From Pseudomonadota bacterium (lineage in GTDB: Bacteria; UBA10199; 2-02-FULL-44-16; JBDRGF01), in the NCBI GenBank assembly GCA_043818055.1, contig JBDRGF010000084.1, forward strand, positions 1-20,552: a stretch of 20,552 bases of DNA, read 5' to 3'. Shown in pieces: positions 1 through 7,169 of the stretch. The notes below the pieces were generated by a model that saw only the letters and a list, made by a program, of their open reading frames with translations, did no database searches and was not told where the DNA came from. The position numbers and the translations under genes were made by a program. Positions within the stretch are counted from its first letter, which is position 1; each line of letters opens with the position of its first letter.

Positions 1-54
1 CAACCTCATGTCCGCATCGAAAAACCCACCCTGTACTTGTTTGCCGTGTATCAT
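1..54 (-). CDS. Partial CDS (N-terminus MIHGKQVQGGFFDADMRL...), likely IS5-family transposase
   Basis: Strong RBS AAGGAGG (59-65) 4 nt before ATG at 54. The GFFDxxxRL motif resembles the N-terminus of IS5-family transposases as I recall them. Only 18 codons are visible. Confidence 0.5.
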   Translation of the reverse strand, partial: MIHGKQVQGGFFDADMRL

Positions 55-86
55 CGTTCCTCCTTTGTCTTCAATTTACTCAGCGC

Positions 87-114
87 ATTTTATCATCGCT
101 TCATTAAATGTAAA
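87..114 (-). promoter_or_regulatory. Sigma70-like promoter for the partial CDS
   Basis: TTTACA (114-109), 16-nt spacer, TAAAAT (92-87) preceded by TGA (extended -10). Confidence 0.4.
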
Positions 115-154
115 TTTAAACTGAGGTTTTTAGAGGTGCCCTTATATTATGATT

Positions 155-376
155 TTAATGTGATAGATTTTGAATAGCTTGCAAAATCGATTTGCCGCGT
201 TGATTCACTCCGCACCAGATGGTTTTAGGTGGAAAGTTTAAACGTGATTGTGAAAACCTTTTTGCAAATTTTCCATCAAGTGCATAGACATCGACATGTC
301 TCTGAGTGCTGATGCAGCAATATTTCGTGTTTGATCTGTGGATCTGGCACTTTTTACCTATTTTAGCAGTGCTCAT
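155..376 (-). pseudogene. Possible decayed AbrB-type antitoxin / PIN toxin remnant
   Basis: GGAG RBS upstream. The start MSTAKIGKKCQI resembles AbrB/SpoVT N-termini. Across a frameshift the sequence reads IAASALR/HVDVYALDGKF, similar to PIN/VapC C-terminal motifs. Confidence 0.3.
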
Positions 377-489
377 AAACCATCTCCATCGCTATTTGCT
401 CTAATAATCACACTTGACCGGAGATGGCAAGTTTTCTAGAAGGGTGAAAAAACATAGCTAATAACGATTGGCTAAAAGGGAAAGTATGA

Positions 490-1620
490 ATGTCGGAGTT
501 TAATTACATTAAAACAGCCAAAAGCGTGGTTCAGGCATACCTTTTACTCGAATCGTCGCAATGTGGGTTAGATGTGCCTGATGGAAAACTGCCAAAAAGG
601 GGTTTAAATATTAGACCTCTTTTGCAAACAAAATCAAGCGTTTACAGACGATTTCAACAATTGCTCAAGGGAACTCCTAAATTAAGGAAAGATTTTAAGT
701 TATACATATCCTCTCCAGCCTCACTGGTATCGGCAAAGGATCTGGATGGAAAGCGTAAATTTTTGAGTTCAAAAGAGCTTCTGGCGCACATGAAATATTT
801 GAAACGCCGGTATGGAAAAAAATGGTTGAAGCGTAAAAGGGTGAACGTAGAAAAACTTGTTTCTTATACAAAAGCTGCGATCTTGATTATTAAAGCCATT
901 CGAAATAGAACGCAAAAACCAGCAGGTTTTCACACAGCGCGCAATCTATCTGAACTTCATCTCATGTATGGTTCAACAAGAGCGATCATTGTGCCCAGTT
1001 CTAATTTGGGGAAAAAACCTTTAAATCTTGTTCCGCTCTTCGATAGAAGCACCGAAGAATTTCTAAGTAGTTTTAACCCACAGCTGCGCAAGTATTGGCA
1101 GCGAAATATCATTGGTGCTGCAAGATATCTGGGAAAGGAATTTAATCTGGACGGGAACTCGTTGCTACTCTGCGGTAGCGAGCTTGAAGCCTACAAATCT
1201 GAATTGATGAAAAATAATTATAAACTTGATGATGCTAAACGCATTTGCAGCAATCTTGTCACAAATCTCAAGGCCGCGTTGGGAATTATTCGAATTCTAA
1301 GACTTAAAAAAAACCAAACGCCCATCAGGAAAAAAGCTGTAGTGAAAGTCAAAAAAGAGAATATGAGTGAAAGAGGAATTAAACTGACAACGGTTAAAAA
1401 AACTCCCGAACCTAAAAAGAATGAAAGAATGAAAGTGGTTAAAACAGTTGGAGCAATAGGAGCGCCGGTCTTGTTTGGAGGATCACTGATAGCTTATGGT
1501 ACGGTCGCAGGTGGAACGATAGGTGTTATAGGATTGGCTACGGGAATCGGCTTGATCGTTGCAGCGCTTGGAATTGGTGGATACGCACTCTATCGTGTTA
1601 TGACAAAAAAGAATAAGTGA
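490..1620 (+). CDS. Hypothetical Lys/Arg-rich protein with C-terminal Gly-rich hydrophobic hairpin (two putative TM helices)
   Basis: 376-aa ORF, AAGGGAAAG upstream, no signal peptide. The C-terminus VGAIGAPVLFGGSLIAYG...GLIVAALGIGGYALY is followed by a basic tail. Confidence 0.8.
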   Translation: MSEFNYIKTAKSVVQAYLLLESSQCGLDVPDGKLPKRGLNIRPLLQTKSSVYRRFQQLLKGTPKLRKDFKLYISSPASLVSAKDLDGKRKFLSSKELLAHMKYLKRRYGKKWLKRKRVNVEKLVSYTKAAILIIKAIRNRTQKPAGFHTARNLSELHLMYGSTRAIIVPSSNLGKKPLNLVPLFDRSTEEFLSSFNPQLRKYWQRNIIGAARYLGKEFNLDGNSLLLCGSELEAYKSELMKNNYKLDDAKRICSNLVTNLKAALGIIRILRLKKNQTPIRKKAVVKVKKENMSERGIKLTTVKKTPEPKKNERMKVVKTVGAIGAPVLFGGSLIAYGTVAGGTIGVIGLATGIGLIVAALGIGGYALYRVMTKKNK

Positions 1621-3287
1621 GATCTATAACGATGATTATCAATAGATATACACCAGCGAATCAAATTGGACTTCAGGTTAGAGCTTCAATGCAGTACATA
1701 GATCCTGTGATGAATGAGGGTCAGGCAATCAGTACACTTGATAATAACCGCAACAAACTCTTATACAACAGCACATCATTTATAGCTTTTTCACCCTTGT
1801 TCGGTTCGATCTTTGACTGGGGTGGCATTGCATGGGACTCAGGGCTTTGGGTTGTATCGGGGTTGATGCTCTTGCATCAGCTGACCTTTTGGGGACATCA
1901 CTTTTTAAAACAGAAATACGCGCAAAATGTTTCGATGATTGAAAGTGCTGATCCACTGGGTGAATTTCAAGAAGACCTTCTGATGGGGGATGATGTTAAA
2001 TCTTCTTTTGCGCAACGAAATGTCGATGCTGGAGATACAAAGGTGGAACAGGTTGAGTTGTCTCTTTCTAATATAAATACTTTAGATCAATGTCCAAATT
2101 GCAGCACTGAAAATTCTCAACGTCAGGCCAAGTGTTCAAAATGCCATCTTCCCCTGGTCATTTTTAAGGACAAATACCGGTTCGAAAAGATGATAGGCGA
2201 GGGAGGTATGGGGATGGTGTATCTCGCTCAACATCTCCAGCTAGAACAGGAAGGAAAAAGAGTGATCAAGGTCATTCAAATTCCACCCCGGTCACCAAAG
2301 AATAAAAATGATGAGATCGTAGCAAGGCTCGAGCGGGAGATTCAGACATTGCAGTTGTTGTGCAATAAGGAACAGCATATAGTAAGGATATATGATGACT
2401 TTGGTTTTGTTGAGGGGGTGGGAAATTGTTATGTGATGGAGCATCTCGAAGGTGGCACGCTTGAAGATTTAATCAAAGGAAATACGTTGGCATCGATAAA
2501 GAGAGGGCGTGTTTCTTATCGTACATTGTTTAAAATAATCGCTCAAATTTGCAAAGGGATGCAATCTGTACACGAGAAAAACATAGTTCATAGGGATTTA
2601 AAACCTGCCAATATCTTTCTGACATCAGGGTCGAGCTCAGAACCTAACTTTGTGAAAATAATCGATTTTGGCATAACAAAGTGGGTGGGAGAAGAAGCGG
2701 GGAAAATTACAGCTCGTACAGCGTTGTTGGGAACTCCCTTGTACATGGCACCTGAGCAGATGACTGGTGGTGAGATTACTAATAAAACGGATATTTATGC
2801 ATTGGGAATAATATTTTTCGAGATGTTTACAGGGAAACATCCACTATTGATTGAGGATCTGGTCAATGCACGAGGCGAGGAGCTGATATACAGGATTGTT
2901 ATGTTGCATGTTGCCGGTGAGAGGATCCCGATGACAAAGAGGCGTCCGGATCTGCCGGAGCTGGCACATATCGATCCGATTATCAAAAGAGTTCTTGATC
3001 CGAAGCCTGAGAATCGTTTTTCTACTGTAGGAGATTTTTTTAGTGCTTTGAGAGAGGGATTTAGAAAACTTCCGCGCAACAAATTGATTGAAGTTAATCC
3101 AGATGCCTCAACCTCGGTCTTTGGCGCCGGTTTTGATAAAACTCCTTCGATAAGAGTTGAACTTGAGCGCCTCAAATCTGAAGGGCGTATCAGGCAGACC
3201 ATGCAGCAGCATGGTCATGTAGCTGAATCTGATGTTCTCAAAAAGATTGAAAAAACACTCACCTATTTTTCTAAAGATGATGGATAA
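1617..3287 (+). CDS. Hanks-type Ser/Thr protein kinase with N-terminal hydrophobic segment and Cys4 zinc ribbon
   Basis: Motifs GEGGMG, VIK, HRDLKPAN, DFG, GTPLYMAPE and DIYALG are intact. CPNC...CSKC precedes the kinase domain. The start is either GTG 1617 (GTGA overlap with the upstream stop) or ATG 1632. Confidence 0.95.
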   Translation: MRSITMIINRYTPANQIGLQVRASMQYIDPVMNEGQAISTLDNNRNKLLYNSTSFIAFSPLFGSIFDWGGIAWDSGLWVVSGLMLLHQLTFWGHHFLKQKYAQNVSMIESADPLGEFQEDLLMGDDVKSSFAQRNVDAGDTKVEQVELSLSNINTLDQCPNCSTENSQRQAKCSKCHLPLVIFKDKYRFEKMIGEGGMGMVYLAQHLQLEQEGKRVIKVIQIPPRSPKNKNDEIVARLEREIQTLQLLCNKEQHIVRIYDDFGFVEGVGNCYVMEHLEGGTLEDLIKGNTLASIKRGRVSYRTLFKIIAQICKGMQSVHEKNIVHRDLKPANIFLTSGSSSEPNFVKIIDFGITKWVGEEAGKITARTALLGTPLYMAPEQMTGGEITNKTDIYALGIIFFEMFTGKHPLLIEDLVNARGEELIYRIVMLHVAGERIPMTKRRPDLPELAHIDPIIKRVLDPKPENRFSTVGDFFSALREGFRKLPRNKLIEVNPDASTSVFGAGFDKTPSIRVELERLKSEGRIRQTMQQHGHVAESDVLKKIEKTLTYFSKDDG

Positions 3288-3303
3288 TAAGGATGTTCAG
3301 ATG

Positions 3304-3332
3304 TTGATTTTATCCGTGCAATTTGATAGTTT
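3304..3332 (+). promoter_or_regulatory. Sigma70-like promoter, probably giving a leaderless mRNA
   Basis: TTGATT-N17-TAGTTT with TGn extension. ATG 3339 lies 6 nt downstream and has no SD. Confidence 0.4.
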
Positions 3333-3338
3333 CACTCC

Positions 3339-3527
3339 ATGCCTATCTTAAAATTAAAAAAAGATGATCCACAGAGAGAATTGGAGTTTGAGGTTTTGTG
3401 CAGCCTGAAATATTCTATTGCACAAAGACTGCACAAGCTTTTGATTCTTTCTGAAAGAATGCTCAAAATGGCGAATAAATATGAAGATAGAAAAACTCCT
3501 AAAATTATTAAACGAAAAGCAGATTAA
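3339..3527 (+). CDS. Small hypothetical protein, partner of the downstream nucleotidyltransferase (antitoxin-like)
   Basis: 62-aa ORF directly behind a promoter, overlapping the next gene by 47 nt. Confidence 0.65.
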   Translation: MPILKLKKDDPQRELEFEVLCSLKYSIAQRLHKLLILSERMLKMANKYEDRKTPKIIKRKAD

Positions 3528-3930
3528 GTTTGCGATTGTCGGGGCCTATGCTTGTGCGGCCCATGGCTATGTCAGGGCTACTGCAGATATCGATATATTG
3601 ATAGATCCATCGGAGGAAAATATCGATCGACTCAGGGCAGCTCTGGAGGAGTTTGGTTATAGAACGCATGCAGCATCGCTAGAGGATTTTAAGACAAAAA
3701 AGATATTGTTTAGGCAATATTGGCTGGATACGGATATTCATCCTTTTGTGGATGGCGTAAAAACTGATGATGCCTTAAAAAATCGAATTAAGGGAGATTG
3801 TGAAGGTGTTAAAACGTACTTTGTATCTCTAAACGATCTCATCCGGATGAAGAGGGCGGCGGGAAGGCCAAAGGATATTGAGGACTTGAGATATCTGGAA
3901 GAGATCAGAAGGCAGAAGAAAAAGAAGTAA
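3481..3930 (+). CDS. Small nucleotidyltransferase-fold protein (DUF6036-like)
   Basis: IVGAYA...RATADIDILI (G-A plus DxD catalytic motif) and C-terminal LIRMKRAAGRPKDIED. Confidence 0.85.
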   Translation: MKIEKLLKLLNEKQIKFAIVGAYACAAHGYVRATADIDILIDPSEENIDRLRAALEEFGYRTHAASLEDFKTKKILFRQYWLDTDIHPFVDGVKTDDALKNRIKGDCEGVKTYFVSLNDLIRMKRAAGRPKDIEDLRYLEEIRRQKKKK

Positions 3931-3955
3931 TGCAGGAACATGTCTGTAGTAAAAC

Positions 3956-4783
3956 CTATATAAAAATATTCAACAACGACTCGGAATTTCGTATACTCAA
4001 CCTCTCCCCCAAAGGCACATGGTGGCGGTTTTTGTTGCCGTCGATGTAGATGAAGCACTTGTCGGTCTCTGGGATGATTTCGATGGTTTTATTTGGACCG
4101 ACGAATCCCTTGTGAAGATCATATCGCTTCATGGGCTCGCGAATGAGATATTGCATTCCTTTTTTCGCCAGTTTCATCCTCTTCCCGCCGGCTGAGCCTA
4201 TACCGCCGGTAGAGCCCGCTGATGTCGATACCCATACGCCGGAACTGCGCTGGGATTCTCTCTTTTTGCCGATAGAGATGCTATAGCTCAAAGTCTCAGC
4301 GGGGGACTCCTTTGTGACAAGGATGTCGTTTACTGCGAGCGGCATCATCTTCTTATTGCCTATTTTTGCCTCAAGGAGGTTTATCTTTTTAGGTCTTAGC
4401 TTTCCAGTCTGAATTTTTCTGAGCACTGATTCGAGGTTCGACGCATTGGCTATGCAGAAGAATCCAACGCTATATTCCGGCATGGAATTGACAGCCAAAA
4501 TTGGCACGTTGCCAGCGAAATGTGCAGCCTCGAGCAATGTGCCATCTCCACCAAGCGTTATTATCAGGTCGATACTATCCGGAATATACTTTTTTCCTCT
4601 CTCGAGAAGGAGGCAATCAAGCTTGAGTCCCTTTACGACGCTCTTTGCTGAAAGCAGGGATCTGTTATGTGAAATTGCGTTTTGCATTCTTTGGTTAAGG
4701 ATTTTCTCTCTTGTCGTTTTCCCTTTGGTCACTTTTGGGACGGATATATTCTTATAAAATATTAAAACGCGGTTGAGTTTCAT
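3956..4783 (-). CDS. nadK: NAD(+)/NADH kinase
   Basis: LGGDGTLL, ND and STSAGSTG motifs; divergent from nadD. Confidence 0.93.
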   Translation of the reverse strand: MKLNRVLIFYKNISVPKVTKGKTTREKILNQRMQNAISHNRSLLSAKSVVKGLKLDCLLLERGKKYIPDSIDLIITLGGDGTLLEAAHFAGNVPILAVNSMPEYSVGFFCIANASNLESVLRKIQTGKLRPKKINLLEAKIGNKKMMPLAVNDILVTKESPAETLSYSISIGKKRESQRSSGVWVSTSAGSTGGIGSAGGKRMKLAKKGMQYLIREPMKRYDLHKGFVGPNKTIEIIPETDKCFIYIDGNKNRHHVPLGERLSIRNSESLLNIFI

Positions 4784-4834
4784 GCGCTTATTCTATAATC
4801 TATTCATATCATTTAGCAAGAGGGAGAATTGATT

Positions 4835-5380
4835 ATGTCAGAAAAGGAGTTGGGGGATAGGGTGGCGATATTCGGTGGGTCGTTTAATCCGCCGCATCTT
4901 GGGCATATTTCTGTCATCAGGTGGATATTGGATGAGGATTTGGCAGATCAGGTCTGGATTGTACCGTGTTATATGCACCCCTTCGAAAAGAAGCTCGAAT
5001 CTTTTGAAGACCGCAAGAGGATGTGCGAGATTGCATTTTTGCAAAAGAACTGGCCGGTAGCGGTTCTCGATATCGAAAAGGAACTGGGTGGAATGAGTTA
5101 CACGGTGAGGACGATAGAAGAACTCTTGCAGATTCATACAGATAAGGAGTTTAGCCTCGTCGTCGGTTCCGATATTGAAAATGAGCGGGAGAAGTGGCGC
5201 GGGTTCGATACGATCGAAAAGCTTGTTGATGTGATAGTCATTCCGAGGGGAGGGGAGGATTTCAACCGCAGCATATCATCGACATCCATCAGGGAAAAAA
5301 TATCGGGGGGAAAGACCTATTCGGATCTCGTCCCCCCCGAAATTGAAGAGTATATAAAAAAACATGGATTGTACAGTTAA
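4835..5380 (+). CDS. nadD: Nicotinate-nucleotide adenylyltransferase
   Basis: IFGGSFNPPHLGH (HxGH), SYTVRT, VGSD, ISSTSIRE, YIKKHGLY. ATG 4835 follows the GGGAG RBS; TTG 4829 is an alternative start. Confidence 0.95.
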   Translation: MSEKELGDRVAIFGGSFNPPHLGHISVIRWILDEDLADQVWIVPCYMHPFEKKLESFEDRKRMCEIAFLQKNWPVAVLDIEKELGGMSYTVRTIEELLQIHTDKEFSLVVGSDIENEREKWRGFDTIEKLVDVIVIPRGGEDFNRSISSTSIREKISGGKTYSDLVPPEIEEYIKKHGLYS

Positions 5381-5381
5381 T

Positions 5382-5403
5382 GTAGACGCAGGCTTTAGCC
5401 TGC
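5382..5403 (+). repeat. REP-like palindrome between convergent genes, possibly also aiding termination
   Basis: GTAG-AC-GCAGGC-TTTA-GCCTGC. Confidence 0.6.
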
Positions 5404-5406
5404 ATT

Positions 5407-7071
5407 TCACCACTCAATTCCCGCAGAGGGAACGAACTCCACCGCACCCTTAGTCTCATCACCAAAGAGCACCTTTCCCATTATATTTAGGTTGAGACTG
5501 AAGCGGCGTCCAATTGTATATGATATGTGCGCGTTTGCATTCACTCCACCGCGTGTTGTTCCAGTCAGATGCTGGCTCACTCCAGCACCAAGACAGAATT
5601 TGAAGGCTCCATTCACGGGGCAGTAATTGGCAGTGCTGATGATACTTGTGGGGAGCTCCTCGTTCGTAGGCTTGGCCGTCGATTTTGGATCGACTGCCGC
5701 GGCTGTATGACTGGCAAGGTTCCACAATGTAAAGTGTGGAGATAATAAAGTTAATCCAAATCCCCACGGGCTTCCTTTGAATCTTTGTTCGATGGATATT
5801 CCTCCTCTTACACCGCTGAATTTGTCACCTCCCCAGAAATATGACGCTGGTATCCATTTGATGCTTTGTCTTTTCTTAATTCCCTTTGTTGAAAGAATTG
5901 GAGGGGTGGATAAAAGTCCGTCAGTTGCAAGATTTGCGCTACCCTGCATGCCGGCGGATGATAGCCATGACACATTTGCAAAAACGCCGATTGCGGCTAG
6001 CGCTGCGTTAATTCCAAACCTCACACCTTCTGCTATGAGGAGTTTGTTTTTAAGTTCGTCCTTTGACATGGCTTTGAGCTTATCAGGGTCAGTAAGGCCT
6101 GAGAACATATAGCCTAATATCACGCCCGCGTTGATTATATTTGCAACTCCCCCACCTATTCCCGAATCGGAACTTTCAGTCGCTGACAAACCGGCGAGTA
6201 TCGCGCCGCTTATTACCTCGGCTAACATAGGCATGATAGGGGCACCTCTCATCGCAAATTCAAGGTTCGAATTTCCGCTGATGCCGTTGATTACAAAAGT
6301 CGCTGATGTGAGGGCTGCAACATCCCAGTGTCTTCCACCTGAGCTGCCTGAGATCTGGAATCCGCGTTTTTCAAGTTCATCCGTGATGAGCTTTGAGTTC
6401 AAAAGAGTCGCGTTTGCTATTCTTCTCATCGTCCCAAGTATTGTGCTGACGGTCAGGTGTGTATAATCCTGCCATACAGGTGAAGATAAAGGATCGTGCT
6501 TTTTGTCGGATGGAGACTGGAATCCTCCGATCAGAGATATCATTACAGCCAATCTCAATCTTCTGGAGAGAGGATCACCTAAAAAGTTCAAAATGCCGTA
6601 TTCAAATCCGGCTGCTAATTCGATATATGTATTGTTTTTAAATGTGTGGCCGACAAGACTCGCTTTCATTTTCATTGAGATATCAGGTCCAAGAAAGTCG
6701 ACGTTGGATTTTGGGAGATCCTTCCCTGCTACATTCTGTGAATCATTACTTATGTTAGAGAGACCAAATCCGATAAAGTTGCCAGATGTCATTCTTTTGC
6801 CAAATACTCCTCCTTTAAATGTCTCTTTGTTGAGTCCCAGATCTATTACGAGGCGAGTATGCTTATATCCGGGTTGTGTGCCGATTCCTTTTCCCTCTGC
6901 ACTGCTCCAGTTAAATGAGAGCGGAATAGAGTAGATGCGTTTTTTATTCACCCTAAGCCCAAGTTCGAGACTTGCTTTAAAGCCGAGACAACCCTCTGAC
7001 GCGGTGGTTGGGATGCAGGCCTGGAATGACGTGGATGCCTTTGCTGTTACCTTCGATTTGTCGTCACTCAT
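5407..7071 (-). CDS. Hypothetical membrane protein: beta-strand-rich N- and C-terminal regions flanking a hydrophobic helical core
   Basis: Long ORF ending in ...EFVPSAGIEW (terminal aromatic). The start is likely ATG 7071, 7083 or 7086, because GTG 7140 translates through repeat DNA. Confidence 0.75.
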   Translation of the reverse strand: MSDDKSKVTAKASTSFQACIPTTASEGCLGFKASLELGLRVNKKRIYSIPLSFNWSSAEGKGIGTQPGYKHTRLVIDLGLNKETFKGGVFGKRMTSGNFIGFGLSNISNDSQNVAGKDLPKSNVDFLGPDISMKMKASLVGHTFKNNTYIELAAGFEYGILNFLGDPLSRRLRLAVMISLIGGFQSPSDKKHDPLSSPVWQDYTHLTVSTILGTMRRIANATLLNSKLITDELEKRGFQISGSSGGRHWDVAALTSATFVINGISGNSNLEFAMRGAPIMPMLAEVISGAILAGLSATESSDSGIGGGVANIINAGVILGYMFSGLTDPDKLKAMSKDELKNKLLIAEGVRFGINAALAAIGVFANVSWLSSAGMQGSANLATDGLLSTPPILSTKGIKKRQSIKWIPASYFWGGDKFSGVRGGISIEQRFKGSPWGFGLTLLSPHFTLWNLASHTAAAVDPKSTAKPTNEELPTSIISTANYCPVNGAFKFCLGAGVSQHLTGTTRGGVNANAHISYTIGRRFSLNLNIMGKVLFGDETKGAVEFVPSAGIEW

Positions 7072-7086
7072 AATTAAATCCATCAT

Positions 7087-7168
7087 TCGTGAATCGTAAA
7101 TCGTGCAGCGTACAATGAGAGCTATTGTAACTCTTTTCACCCGCGCTTCACGGGTGGACGCTTCACGT
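7087..7168. repeat. Intergenic heptamer repeats and hairpins
   Basis: TCGTGAA TCGTAAA TCGTGCA GCGTACA (7087-7114), TACAAT/ATTGTA hairpin, CACCCG-N7-CGGGTG hairpin, CGCTTCACG at 7144 and 7159. Confidence 0.65.
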
Positions 7169-7169
7169 T

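Larger units (their letters stand above)
1..141 (-). mobile_element. Probable left end of an IS5-family insertion sequence, truncated by the window edge
   Basis: The minus strand reads ATAA|GGGCACCTCTAAAAACCTCAG (IR-like end at 141), then TTTACA-N16-TAAAAT, RBS AAGGAGG and an ORF with an IS5-like N-terminus. The other end and the DDE domain are not in the window. Confidence 0.5.

Noticed and set aside
427..470. GCAAGTTT upstream of the 490 gene as a -35 box
   Set aside because: No GCCGATAA-like element 11 nt downstream.
3931..3955. Imperfect hairpin between the NTase gene and nadK
   Set aside because: Weak stem with mismatches; not supportable as a terminator.
7087..7140. GTG 7140 start for the 577-aa ORF
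   Set aside because: It translates through heptamer repeats with no RBS, so downstream ATGs are more plausible.
7087..7168. CRISPR-like or DGR interpretation of the short repeats
   Set aside because: Units are 7-11 bp with no spacer structure, and no cas or reverse transcriptase genes are in the window.
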